Source: Vulcanimicrobiota bacterium
GTDB taxonomy: Bacteria; Vulcanimicrobiota; Xenobia; Xenobiales; JADMJV01
Direction: 5' to 3'
Assembly (NCBI GenBank): GCA_050250895.1
Contig: JBFWNU010000001.1
Location: forward strand, 3,848,992-3,912,991
Length of the DNA stretch: 64,000 nucleotides
Positions 29,141 to 39,000 of this stretch are shown here, piece after piece. The notes below the pieces were generated by a model that was given only the letters and a program-made list of their open reading frames with translations, searched no databases and was not told the origin of the DNA. A program made the position numbers and the translations under genes. Each line of letters begins with the position of its first letter. Position 1 is the stretch's first letter.

Positions 29141-31246
29141 ATGGGTCCAACCATCCACAGCTTGCCCGCCGGCAAGGTTCTGCCGCCGCGTACCGCGCCA
29201 CCCGGGGCCACCCCTCAGGCCGAGCCGGCTGCGATTGACCAGGCGACCCTGACCCCCTCGACCGATGTCCGCCCGAGACGGCGCAGAGCCCTGAAGTGGT
29301 TCTTGCGCGGCGGCGCCATGTTAGCGGCCAGTCTATCGGGCCTGGCCGGCATCGGCTACTTTGGCAATCGGGCCGCTCTGCAAGAACCACCACGCCTGTC
29401 GATGACCTTGCCGCTGGAAGCGCACTTCGGGCCGCCCGCGAAGGAATCGTCCCCGGCACCCGTGGCGCATTCGCGGGTGACCACCAGCGGTGGCGCGGTC
29501 CAGACCACCGAGCAGTTGCGGCCTCCTACCGGTGGCGTGTCCATCTTGCTGCCGCAGGGCTCGACCACCAGATTTTCGCGACAGCTTCGCGCTCACCCTG
29601 AGGTGCAGAAGCAACTCGAGCAGGTGGCCCGAGATCTCAACCAGGCCCTGGCCCGAGTCGAGATTCCCAAGACCGAGCTGCTGCTGGATCTCGAAGCGCC
29701 CCTGCCGGTGGGTCAGCAGGCCTTCTTTCACGTGGGAGGAGTCGATCTTCCTTCGCTGGGCTTTCGTCAGCTCGAGCGGACCAGGTTGCCACTGGCCCTG
29801 GAATTGGCGATCGACCCCATCGAATCGGGACTCAAGCTCGAGGTCGGACCCACCGAAACGGATGCTCCGGTTCGTCCTGATAGTCTGAAGGGTCCCGGTG
29901 TTTACCTCGGCTCGGTCGAGTTGTCGATTCGGGCCGAGAAGCCCGAGGTGGACCTTTCGGGGTCGGCCCAACTCAAGCTCGACCTCGATGGAGCGGCCAC
30001 CAGGGCCCGCTTGCCAGGGCAGTCCGGGGCCGCTCGTCAGGCCCTCGAGGGCCGTCTCGAGAGCGCCAGAAAATTGCGCGAGATCGGCGCCGAGAGTTCT
30101 TTTGGCTCGTTGCTGCGCGAGGGCTTCGAAGCGCAGGATGCCCAGTTCTCGGTGGCGCTCAAGAGCGCCCGAGAGCAATTGGCTTCGGTACGTTTTGATG
30201 TCTGGCTGGGCCAGGATGTCACCGGCGACGGGCAGAGCGATCTGCATCTGGCCCAGCAGGCCAACACCCAGGGTCTGGATGCGCTCGACATCAGCCTGTC
30301 CCGGCTCGAGCGACAGGGCCATTCCCAGGCCGGCTGGCTGGGCCAAACCGTCAACGATCAGGTGCATCAACAGTTTCATCAAGGCATTCGCGACGGGGTG
30401 GGGCAGGCCGTGGCCCAACTGCGCGGGCGCGCCGAAGAGATGGTTGCTCAGGGTCTTGACCGCGGAGTCAGCCTGCTATCAAAGCACGGCAATCAAGAAC
30501 TCGAGCAGCTCTATGGGCGGGCTCGCGGTATCGACCTGGGCAATCTCGACCTTCGTTTGTCCAGTCTGCGCATGAGCGACCAGGGGGTGCTGGTCGGACT
30601 CAACGGTAAAACCCTCGACGAAGGGGTGGTGCCGGTCCTGCCGGCCAGCTTCTCGCAACACCCCGAGGCGGTGGTGGTCACGGTCGCCTCGAGTGAACTC
30701 GAGGCCCGAATGGAAGGTCTCGATTGGCCCGCGATCATGGCCAAAGTCAATCAGGCCAATTCGGGCTATTCCCTCGCCCTGGCCCAAAAAGACGGCCAAC
30801 CGGTACTGCCCCGGCTGATCTGGCACGACGGGCAGCCAGCTCTGATGGCCGAGGTGGTGGCCACCCAGAAGGCGGCGTCCAAGCCAGGCCTGGGCTCGCT
30901 GCTGCAGAGCGTCACCCCGAGCACGGTGGAAGCCAAAGCCCTGGTTCCATTCGCTCTGGGCGTGGAGGATGGCCAGTTGAAGGTGACTCCCGATCTTGAG
31001 CATTTCGAACTCGAGCGCCATCGCCAGGGCCAGGGATTTCAGCTGGCCGACCTGTTGCCAGACAAAGCGCTGGCCGGCATCATCCGGTCTGTGGTCGGCG
31101 AGGCAGGAGGCTCGCTCAAGCTTCCGCTCGGGCAAGAGGGGGTCGAACTGGTGGGGGCCGCCGCCAGCGAGGGTCCCAAGAGCACCGTTCGTTTTCACGT
31201 GCAGGCCCAGCTTGGCCCAGAAGTCCTGGGACGAATTTCCCAGTAA
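29141..31246 (+). CDS. Large hypothetical protein, one N-terminal TM
   Basis: 701-aa ORF, Pro/Ala-rich N-terminus then hydrophobic helix. Confidence 0.8.
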   Translation: MGPTIHSLPAGKVLPPRTAPPGATPQAEPAAIDQATLTPSTDVRPRRRRALKWFLRGGAMLAASLSGLAGIGYFGNRAALQEPPRLSMTLPLEAHFGPPAKESSPAPVAHSRVTTSGGAVQTTEQLRPPTGGVSILLPQGSTTRFSRQLRAHPEVQKQLEQVARDLNQALARVEIPKTELLLDLEAPLPVGQQAFFHVGGVDLPSLGFRQLERTRLPLALELAIDPIESGLKLEVGPTETDAPVRPDSLKGPGVYLGSVELSIRAEKPEVDLSGSAQLKLDLDGAATRARLPGQSGAARQALEGRLESARKLREIGAESSFGSLLREGFEAQDAQFSVALKSAREQLASVRFDVWLGQDVTGDGQSDLHLAQQANTQGLDALDISLSRLERQGHSQAGWLGQTVNDQVHQQFHQGIRDGVGQAVAQLRGRAEEMVAQGLDRGVSLLSKHGNQELEQLYGRARGIDLGNLDLRLSSLRMSDQGVLVGLNGKTLDEGVVPVLPASFSQHPEAVVVTVASSELEARMEGLDWPAIMAKVNQANSGYSLALAQKDGQPVLPRLIWHDGQPALMAEVVATQKAASKPGLGSLLQSVTPSTVEAKALVPFALGVEDGQLKVTPDLEHFELERHRQGQGFQLADLLPDKALAGIIRSVVGEAGGSLKLPLGQEGVELVGAAASEGPKSTVRFHVQAQLGPEVLGRISQ

Positions 31247-31329
31247 CCCGGCGGGCTGCCGTCGGTCTGTTGTCTATGAAGGAGGGAGATCACGCCTTCA
31301 AGATGATGACCAATAGCCGTTATTGCCTC

Positions 31330-32046
31330 ATGATGGGACGCCAACTCCTGATGATCGGATTGCTCTTGACCACCCTCGCCGGGGCCGACCCCACCACGGT
31401 CGAGCAAGAGATCGTGGACCGCTGCAACCAGATTCGCGCTGCTCACGGATTGCCGACTCTGAAGACCCATCCGCGCTTGCTCGAGGCGGCCCGCCAACAC
31501 TCGAGCGAGATGCTCGAACTCGGCTATTTCGGGCACACCTCTCCGACGAAGGACCACCGCCGTTTGCGCGATCGATTATTGATGAGCCGCCACTTCGACC
31601 TCACTTTCGGAGAGAACATCTATAAGTGCCGCGGCTACGATGAGCCCGACCTGGCTCGCAAAGCCGTCGACGCCTGGATGGCCAGCCCGGCGCATCGCAA
31701 GAACCTGCTCAATCCGCGCTTTAACAGGATTGGCGTCGGAGTCGTCGGACAGGGAGACACCTTCCTCTTCACCCAGGTCTTCAGTTATCAGACGGTGGAG
31801 ATCCTCGAGCAAGTCTATACGCCCCAGGGCTCAGCGATGCGCCTCGACTTGCGAGGCCGAGTCCACGAAGGTCCTCGGACCGGCGCCCTGTTGGTCGGCG
31901 GTCACAAGGTGGCCGAGTGGAAATCCGACGCCACCGGCCACTTCGCCGTCTCGGTCCGCCTCGAGGGGCCGGCTCCGGTCGGGGTCGGTCAAACGACCTC
32001 TCCCTACCATTGGCGCATCGAGACCGAGGTCAGGCCTCGACTTTGA
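31330..32046 (+). CDS. CAP (SCP) domain secreted protein
   Basis: NQIRAAHGL, AARQHSSEM..YFGH, GENI, WMASPAHRKNLL. Confidence 0.9.
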   Translation: MMGRQLLMIGLLLTTLAGADPTTVEQEIVDRCNQIRAAHGLPTLKTHPRLLEAARQHSSEMLELGYFGHTSPTKDHRRLRDRLLMSRHFDLTFGENIYKCRGYDEPDLARKAVDAWMASPAHRKNLLNPRFNRIGVGVVGQGDTFLFTQVFSYQTVEILEQVYTPQGSAMRLDLRGRVHEGPRTGALLVGGHKVAEWKSDATGHFAVSVRLEGPAPVGVGQTTSPYHWRIETEVRPRL

Positions 32047-33940
32047 CCTCGAACCCACCTACGCGCACCAGGTCATTCTCGGTTTCGAGCCGGGCGTCGC
32101 TGGTCGTCATCGTCTTGACCAGGTCAGAAATGGTCGCCTCGGGCCGGGATTGAACCAGTTCCACCAGTTCGTCGACCTGCTTGAGGAAGGCTTCCTGACG
32201 AATCTCTTGCTTTTGACTGAGCACTTCGGCGGGGGTGGCCACCAGCAGGGCGCAGCCCAGTTCGAGCGCTCGTTCGAGCGTGGCCGGGGCGAGGGCACCG
32301 GTCAGCAGCGTCTCGGCGGTCGCATGCCAATCGCGGCTGGCCAACTTGCGGCTGCCGCAGAGCGTGCCCAGCTGGTGGCGAACCTTCGCGAGCTGGTCTG
32401 GCGTTCCGCCTTTGAGGGCGAAGACGGCGGCCGGGAAGATGAACTCCGGCGAGCCTTGATGGAGTTGCTGCCGGGTCGCCTGCCCCAGAGCGTCGAGGGC
32501 CTCAGGGGCCGACTTGCCCGTGGCCAGGATTTTCTCGTAGTCTTTTTCGAGGTCATAGCGACGGAACCGGTCTTGTGACTTCTGGTGGTAGGCCAGCATG
32601 GTCACCAGGTCCACCTGGTCTGACAGGGTCGCGGCGGTCGAATTGAGCGAGGCCTTGGAGAGCAGCGATTCGGCGTCGCTGCCGGGCCCAATGATCTTTT
32701 CCAGCCGACCGAGCAGGCCGATCGCAGTTGCTTCGTCGACCTGCCGCAAGGCATCGTCGGGTTTGAGCTTGCCGAACATGATGGCCTGCTCGGCCGCCCG
32801 GGGAGTGCGCTTGAGCCAGCTGCAAGTGAGACCCACCGCCTGCTCGAGGCGCTGGCCGTCGAAGTTCTTGCGCAGCGATTCGTAGCGGGACAGGGCGCCG
32901 CTCAGGCGGCGGTCGTCCTCGGGAGCGTGAGTGAAGAGCTGCTTGACGAACTCCAGTTGAGAACCGGGGGTGTGGCCCTGGCAAGGCGTGTTGACCACCT
33001 GATAGACGGCTGGCAGGCCCGCCATTTCCGACGGTCCCAGCCCCGGGATGAGCTGGCTCTGGACAAACTGCAATCCCGCGCGGGCCTGGTCGAGGGCCTC
33101 ACGCAAGCCCTCGGGGTCGGGAGTGGCCACTTTGGCCAGGTGAAAGGTCGTCTTGTCGATGGTCCAGGCGATGCTCGGCTGACCACCTCGTTCGGCCGAT
33201 TCGTAGAGGGCCACCGGGTCGTTGCCCATCAGACTCCCCTGACTCTCCAACTGCTTGAGTTCGCGGGCAAGCTCTGGTTTCTCGAGCAGGTCCTCAAGTC
33301 CACTGCCTCTGAAATAGTCGGCCGCCACCGTGGACCAGCCGCTATAAGAGTGCCCTTCGCGCTCGAACGAGGCCGAGCGGCCGTCGAGCAGATACGAGAG
33401 TTTGGAGGAACCCGAATCGAAGCCCGACTCCCACAGGCGGTGGGCGGCCCGCAACTGACGGCCGCGGTCGAGCGTGACCGGCTCGGCTCCCAACAGCCCG
33501 ACATCCAACGATTCGAGTTGTCTCAGGCTGCGCAAGTAGTCATATTCTGGCTGGGAAGACAGGCGCACTCGAATGGCCTCGTCGCCGGCCGAGGTCAACT
33601 CGTCAAAGATCTCGTTGCCATCCAGGTGGCGTTCTTTGCCCAGCAGACGACTCAAGCCCGACCGGTGCTGATAGAACTCGACCCCGGCTTGCTTGAGGTC
33701 GCGCACCACCTCGACCACGGCCTGACGGTGGGCCTGGGTCAAGACCAGACCGGTGGGGCCACCGACACTGCTGGCCGTGGTGCTTTCTACCGCCTGTTGA
33801 AGCGACTTCCAGAGCCAGCTACGGTCCGTGCGGGGCTTGGACAGGCTGACCGAATCGACCGCTCCCGGCGGGTTCGGTCGAACAGCAGGCCGACACGGCG
33901 CCGGGCCGGGCGTGCCCAGGCGAGACCCCTGAATCCTCAT
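32030..33940 (-). CDS. Hypothetical protein (putative exported effector-like N-terminus)
   Basis: 636-aa ORF; MRIQG...AVDSVSLS N-terminus; TATTCT 6 nt before ATG. Confidence 0.8.
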   Translation of the reverse strand: MRIQGSRLGTPGPAPCRPAVRPNPPGAVDSVSLSKPRTDRSWLWKSLQQAVESTTASSVGGPTGLVLTQAHRQAVVEVVRDLKQAGVEFYQHRSGLSRLLGKERHLDGNEIFDELTSAGDEAIRVRLSSQPEYDYLRSLRQLESLDVGLLGAEPVTLDRGRQLRAAHRLWESGFDSGSSKLSYLLDGRSASFEREGHSYSGWSTVAADYFRGSGLEDLLEKPELARELKQLESQGSLMGNDPVALYESAERGGQPSIAWTIDKTTFHLAKVATPDPEGLREALDQARAGLQFVQSQLIPGLGPSEMAGLPAVYQVVNTPCQGHTPGSQLEFVKQLFTHAPEDDRRLSGALSRYESLRKNFDGQRLEQAVGLTCSWLKRTPRAAEQAIMFGKLKPDDALRQVDEATAIGLLGRLEKIIGPGSDAESLLSKASLNSTAATLSDQVDLVTMLAYHQKSQDRFRRYDLEKDYEKILATGKSAPEALDALGQATRQQLHQGSPEFIFPAAVFALKGGTPDQLAKVRHQLGTLCGSRKLASRDWHATAETLLTGALAPATLERALELGCALLVATPAEVLSQKQEIRQEAFLKQVDELVELVQSRPEATISDLVKTMTTSDARLETENDLVRVGGFEVKVEA

Positions 33941-34170
33941 ACCGAAAGAATAGTGGGAGCCTCTGAACGAACACTGAATGGCGAAAAGTGTCAGGTCGAG
34001 GGCGTGTTTTTTGGTAGGTGTGGACCAGATTCTGTCGAAAGGGCTTGTTTCAACCGGGCGCTATCAGGTAGAATCACGATTACGTGGTCCGTCGAAAAGG
34101 TCTTAGCTGAAAGTCAAGACGTCGATAGCCTCGAAAATCTCATGGCCGTTTATTAGGAGGCTAAAGAAAA

Positions 34171-34608
34171 ATGTCTTTCGTAGACCGAACGCTGACTTGC
34201 GTCGAGTGTAAGGCTCCCTTCGTTTTCACCGCAGGCGAGCAAGAGTTCCACGCGTCGAAAGGTTTCGACAACGACCCTAGTCGTTGCCCTGCCTGTCGCG
34301 CAGCGCGCAAGCGAGCGGGTGGGGGACGTCCCCGCCACAACGACTCCCGTGGTGGTGGAGGGGGAGACGGCGGACGCCGTGAAATGCACACCGCGATTTG
34401 TGCCGATTGTGGCAAAGAAGCTCAGGTTCCCTTCGTTCCGAGCGGTTCTCGTCCCGTATATTGTCGTGACTGTTTCTCTAGACAGGGCGGCGGCCGCAAG
34501 ACCGGCGGCGGCGGCGGTGGCTTTGGCGGCGGCGGCGGTGGCGGCGGCGGTGGCCGGCGCGGCGGAGGTGGTGGCCGAGGCCACGACCGTGACCGCGACC
34601 GCTACTAA
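34171..34608 (+). CDS. Zinc-ribbon (CxxC-x17-CxxC) protein with Gly/Arg-rich tail, probable RNA-binding
   Basis: LTCVECKAPFVFTAGEQEF, CPACR, CADCGKEAQVPFVP..VYCRDCF; RBS AGGAGG. Confidence 0.93.
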   Translation: MSFVDRTLTCVECKAPFVFTAGEQEFHASKGFDNDPSRCPACRAARKRAGGGRPRHNDSRGGGGGDGGRREMHTAICADCGKEAQVPFVPSGSRPVYCRDCFSRQGGGRKTGGGGGGFGGGGGGGGGGRRGGGGGRGHDRDRDRY

Positions 34609-34627
34609 GACGCAGGTCTATTAGCCG

Positions 34628-34660
34628 AAAGGGACGGGCCCAGCCCGTCCCTTTTTGTTT
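34628..34660 (+). terminator. Rho-independent terminator
   Basis: AAAGGGACGGGC-CCA-GCCCGTCCCTTTTTGTTT. Confidence 0.9.
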
Positions 34661-34724
34661 TAGGTTTCTAAGGTAGGAGTCGGTCAGAAGATCTTAGAAG
34701 AGTCCCTGACTTTTAGGGGGGACC

Positions 34725-36914
34725 ATGAGAGCCAAACTTCTACTCGCGAGCCTGTTAGTCGCACTTCTTTTCGCCTGCAACGGCGACAGCGCCGATAACG
34801 AAACCTCAGGGCAGGCGGGGCAAGCAGGCCCCACTGCCAACGTCGCCTTTCTGTTCACGCTCGCGCGCGGCAACGGGATTGTCCCTGCCGATGTCGACAC
34901 GTTTCGCGCTACCGGAATGGACGGCAACGGTGCTGTCCTCTTTTCGCAGACCTTCACCAAGCGGAACCGACTGGATCTCGAGGTGCCTATCACCCTGCAG
35001 GAGATCCGTCTCCAGTTCCTGAGCAATTCGGCGCTTCGTTGCGAAGGTTTGTTCGGTTTTGACCTCCAGGCCGGCGAAACGGTGCAAGTGGACAACCCCA
35101 TCCTCGACCTGGTGGCGCCGGTCGGCGTGACGGGGCTTGCCGCCTCGCCCAATCCGGCCAACGTCGAGGCGGGGCAACCCTTTGACCTCCAGGTGGTGGG
35201 ACAGGGCCCGAATGTCGATGTGACGCCCTTTGTCGTCTTCAGTTCGACCTCCCCCAATGTTGTTTTCCCCGCTCAAGGGCAGGCTCAGGCCACGGCCGGC
35301 GGTCCGTTCACTATCAACGTGGACTATCGGGCGCCGGCCGGGAACGTGCTAGTCAGCGCCGGCGGACCAAACTCTTTGGTAAAGGCTTTCGACGGCGCTA
35401 TGCCCGACCAGGGCGTGTTGGGTCAATTCTTCGGCTTTGACCCTTCCTTCCAGGGCGGCGCTCGCGTGGCCAGTGCCGACATCAACGGAGATGGAATCCC
35501 TGACACGGTGGTGGGGGCGGGCCCTGGGGGCGGACCCCACATCAGAGTGATCGATGGCCGAAGCGGCGAAGAGGTGCTAAGTTTCTTCGCTTTCGAACCT
35601 CAGTTTCAGGGCGGAGTGTTCGTGGCGGCCGGCGATGTGAACGACGACGGACGGGCCGACCTCATCGTTGGCGCAGGGGCTGGGGGCGGACCCCAGGTGC
35701 GGGTGTTCGATGGCCAGAACGGCAGCCAGTTGCGCGACTTCTTCGCCTTCGACGCCAGCTTCACGGGGGGCGTTACCGTGGCGGCGGGCGACGTGAACAA
35801 CGACGGGCGAACCGACATTATCACTGGCGCCGGCCCCGGGGGCGGACCCCAGGTCCGGGTGTTCGACGGCCAGAACGCAAGCCAATTGCAAGACTTCTTC
35901 GCCTTTGACCCGCAGTTCCAGGGCGGAGTATTCGTGGCCGGGGGCGATGTCAATAATGACGGGTTCGACGACCTCATCGTGGGAGCAGGCCTCGGCGCCG
36001 GCAGTGGCCCGCGGGTGCGGGCGTTCTCTGGTAGCAACCTTCAGCCGATTCACGATTTTTTCGCTTTTGACAACGGCTTTACCGGCGGCGTGCGGGTGGC
36101 CGCGGGCGATGTGAACGGCGACGGGGTCGACGACATCGTCGCCGGTGCCGGCCCGGGCGGAGTGCCTTCGGTGAGAGTCTTCGACGGTGACACCGGCAAC
36201 CAGTTGACCCAGGTGATCCCCTTTCCAGCAGGCTTCACCGGTGGCGTCTTCGTGGCTGCCAATGACCTCCGAGGTGACCAGTTCAGCACCACCATCAACG
36301 GTACGGCCACGGCTCAAGGTCCCCTGGTACTGACCGGAACCCTCGAGGATTTTTTCCACTTTGTCGGGCTGACCGCTTGCCCTCAGAACACGGGCATCTT
36401 CTCGCTTACCAACAATGGTGCCAATCCTATCAATGTGGTGGTGGATAGCTCGATCCCCACCGGACTTCCCGGCCGAGTCCTGGAATTCCAGGAGCAGGGC
36501 ACTCCGACTGCCCTGCCGATCCTGACCACTACCATCGGAGCCGGCGACACCATCGGCATCGAGGCCTTTTTTAACTGCTCGACCCAGAACCCGTTCACCA
36601 CCACCGTGGAGATTACCGGGCAAGAAGGGATGACGGTGGTGTTTCAGCGCCAGTTCGTAGTCAATGCCGATATTGGCGTGCCTCAGGCGGGCGACAACCG
36701 CCTGTCGGTCCTGCTCGATCAGACGGTGGGTCCCTTTGCCCAGAACACTTTGATTAGCCTGGACCGCATCGCCGGCGGGGTGGTCACCGACGGCGCCCCC
36801 TGTTTCAACTTCCACCTGGAAGGAACCATCACCATCGATGGTCAGGGGCCGTTCGCAAACCCCAATCCGGGCGGCTGCGGTTTTGGCCAGCTTCAGCCTA
36901 CCGTTGTTCGCTAG
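34725..36914 (+). CDS. FG-GAP/VCBS repeat lipoprotein
   Basis: Lipobox LFAC; five F.GGV.VAAGDVNxDG..D.I.GAGPGGGP repeats. Confidence 0.9.
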   Translation: MRAKLLLASLLVALLFACNGDSADNETSGQAGQAGPTANVAFLFTLARGNGIVPADVDTFRATGMDGNGAVLFSQTFTKRNRLDLEVPITLQEIRLQFLSNSALRCEGLFGFDLQAGETVQVDNPILDLVAPVGVTGLAASPNPANVEAGQPFDLQVVGQGPNVDVTPFVVFSSTSPNVVFPAQGQAQATAGGPFTINVDYRAPAGNVLVSAGGPNSLVKAFDGAMPDQGVLGQFFGFDPSFQGGARVASADINGDGIPDTVVGAGPGGGPHIRVIDGRSGEEVLSFFAFEPQFQGGVFVAAGDVNDDGRADLIVGAGAGGGPQVRVFDGQNGSQLRDFFAFDASFTGGVTVAAGDVNNDGRTDIITGAGPGGGPQVRVFDGQNASQLQDFFAFDPQFQGGVFVAGGDVNNDGFDDLIVGAGLGAGSGPRVRAFSGSNLQPIHDFFAFDNGFTGGVRVAAGDVNGDGVDDIVAGAGPGGVPSVRVFDGDTGNQLTQVIPFPAGFTGGVFVAANDLRGDQFSTTINGTATAQGPLVLTGTLEDFFHFVGLTACPQNTGIFSLTNNGANPINVVVDSSIPTGLPGRVLEFQEQGTPTALPILTTTIGAGDTIGIEAFFNCSTQNPFTTTVEITGQEGMTVVFQRQFVVNADIGVPQAGDNRLSVLLDQTVGPFAQNTLISLDRIAGGVVTDGAPCFNFHLEGTITIDGQGPFANPNPGGCGFGQLQPTVVR

Positions 36915-37052
36915 GAGTTGGCTCGTTCCATCAGTTGATTGCGCACATCGGTCAGGCCTAGCAGCAACGCGCCGACGTCTTTGGTCGGGTGGGGTGGCCG
37001 GCGCGTTAGGGGGCCTGGTGGCGTGGTAAGTTCGCGATCTTCATGCCTCGAG

Positions 37053-37454
37053 CTAATCAGTCGCCTCGGAAAGAGTCCTTAAGCACTGGTCACAAAACGC
37101 GTTCGCCCACTGTAGCGCCTCCGTTGCGGCCTTCTCGGTGAAGACAGCGGCGCGGTCATAATCGGCTGCCTCCCGCTCGGCCTGGAGTCGAGTGAGCAAT
37201 CTAGCCACGTCGGGCGGAACCCGGCCCTCCCGGACGAAGTGCAGGTTAAACAACTGACTGACGCCCAGGTGAGTCTTGGTTTCAAGCCCGTCCAGCAACA
37301 GAACCGCTCGGGCCGCATGGAGCATGGCGTAGTACGCCCGCGAGACCGAATCAGCGTATTCTCCGTGGCTGGCCAACAGTTCGGCCGAGCGCAAGGCGGC
37401 CTGCCATCGCTCTTGCTCTAGCGCGATGTTCTTGCGTCGGTTTTCGCTGGTCAT
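37053..37454 (-). CDS. HEPN domain protein (UPF0332-like)
   Basis: SVSRAYYAMLHAARAVL, KTHLGV, REAADY. Confidence 0.92.
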   Translation of the reverse strand: MTSENRRKNIALEQERWQAALRSAELLASHGEYADSVSRAYYAMLHAARAVLLLDGLETKTHLGVSQLFNLHFVREGRVPPDVARLLTRLQAEREAADYDRAAVFTEKAATEALQWANAFCDQCLRTLSEATD

Positions 37455-37783
37455 ATCACCACTCCGTGTTGTTGGATGTCGCGCGCATAGAGCGTCTCTA
37501 GTGCCAGGAGGCGTTGGAAGTGGCTGCGACTCATCACCTGGAGCGAAGCTGGGTAGGGCAGTTCCAGTTCATAGGCGATGTCCCAGCCCAGATCGAGCAG
37601 GGCCGTTCGCGTGTCGCGATCCTCGCCATCTCGCAGCACGAGCACGTCAAGATCGGAATCCTCGTGATGGTCGCCTCGGGCGCGCGAGCCGAAGAGCCGA
37701 ATCTCGATACGATCATCTGGAAAGCGCCCTCGAGCAGCCGCGCCCAGACGCCGGGCGAACTCTAGATCAAGCTGGCTAGGCAT
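37451..37783 (-). CDS. Minimal nucleotidyltransferase (MNT)
   Basis: LFGSRARGDHHEDSDLDVLV; 4-nt overlap with HEPN. Confidence 0.92.
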   Translation of the reverse strand: MPSQLDLEFARRLGAAARGRFPDDRIEIRLFGSRARGDHHEDSDLDVLVLRDGEDRDTRTALLDLGWDIAYELELPYPASLQVMSRSHFQRLLALETLYARDIQQHGVVI

Positions 37784-38567
37784 AGGGTGGTCTGGGTTGG
37801 CAAGGTAGCGAGAGGACCTCGAACACCGGCTGGTGTCCTTCGGTCACGAAGCGGTAGTGGCGCCAACGCTTGTTGCCCCGCGACTCGAGCTTGCGCAGAG
37901 CCTCGGAGCCATAGGTGGCAAACATCCCCACCACCGGCGCAGCGGTGGCCACGGCCGCGTCGGTCACCCACTGGCAGTCGGGAAAGTAGAGGCTGTAGGC
38001 GGACTGCCCCTCGCTAAAGCGCAATTCGAGGCAGCCACCGGCCCACTGGTAACCGGTCAGGGTGACGTTGAGCGGAATGAGCACCCCGATGTGCTGCATG
38101 GGCCGGGTCTGGCGGCTGGGCTTGCGCCCGACCACCCGTTGGAAGGTGTCGGATCGTTCTGGATCCAGCCGCTTGGCCTCTTCGAGCAGGTCTTCGAGGT
38201 CGGCTTCAGAGCGAGTCTGCAGGATCGTCGCCATCAACGATAGGCTGCGCCGGGTGGCATCGTCCTGGGGCTCGAACGAAAGCCCGGCTCGAAAGCGCGA
38301 GCGGCGGTCGCTGCCATCGGGTTTGGCCCACATTACCCGAGCCGGACACGAAAAGTCGGCCAGTTGCTCATGGTCGAACTCGAGATCGAGTTGCAGCACT
38401 TTGCCTGTGGGCAAGATCTCTTCGGTCTCGAGCTGCAGACCGGTGCGGCTGACATCGAGGGTGATGGCGCGGTAACCGGGCAGGTCGCGAGAGCGAACCC
38501 TCAGGCTGATGTCGTGACGCTCGGCCGCGCGGTCGGCGGCTGTCTTCTCGGCTTTCTTGTTCCACAT
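37776..38567 (-). CDS. PilZ domain protein
   Basis: RAAER and DVSRTG motifs; start overlaps TerB stop. Confidence 0.85.
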   Translation of the reverse strand: MWNKKAEKTAADRAAERHDISLRVRSRDLPGYRAITLDVSRTGLQLETEEILPTGKVLQLDLEFDHEQLADFSCPARVMWAKPDGSDRRSRFRAGLSFEPQDDATRRSLSLMATILQTRSEADLEDLLEEAKRLDPERSDTFQRVVGRKPSRQTRPMQHIGVLIPLNVTLTGYQWAGGCLELRFSEGQSAYSLYFPDCQWVTDAAVATAAPVVGMFATYGSEALRKLESRGNKRWRHYRFVTEGHQPVFEVLSLPCQPRPPYA

Positions 38568-38938
38568 CAGCGTCCACCGGTCACTTTCTGGCGCACCTGC
38601 TCCAACTCGGCGGCGCTCAAGCCCATGCGCACCACCAGGCCTTCGATGTAACCTGCCTCTTCGGGCTGCAGAACGCCGTCGGCATAGCACACCGTCAGCA
38701 GTGATTGAAGGGCCAGCAGATGGGCCTCGCGGTCGTCAAAGTATTGATCGAGGGGGATCGGGGCGCCCTGGGGCGGTTCGGCCAGGTTTTCGTCCAGCAG
38801 GCAGATCACCTCGGGTAAAGCCAGTCCGAAATGGCGCAGGATATTGGTCAGCGCGTGGACCTCGACGGGGCTCACCACCTGATCGGCCCAGGCCACTTGA
38901 AAGAGCGCTCGGATAACAGCTTGTAACGACTCAGACAT
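38567..38938 (-). CDS. TerB-like protein
   Basis: VAWADQVVSPVE and VCYADGVLQPEE repeated ADG motifs. Confidence 0.85.
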   Translation of the reverse strand: MSESLQAVIRALFQVAWADQVVSPVEVHALTNILRHFGLALPEVICLLDENLAEPPQGAPIPLDQYFDDREAHLLALQSLLTVCYADGVLQPEEAGYIEGLVVRMGLSAAELEQVRQKVTGGR

Positions 38939-39000
38939 CGATACCCCCTTCGGGAGCTTCGGCGGAGGATCCCCTATGGGGTCGAACCGAAGTCGCCAAC

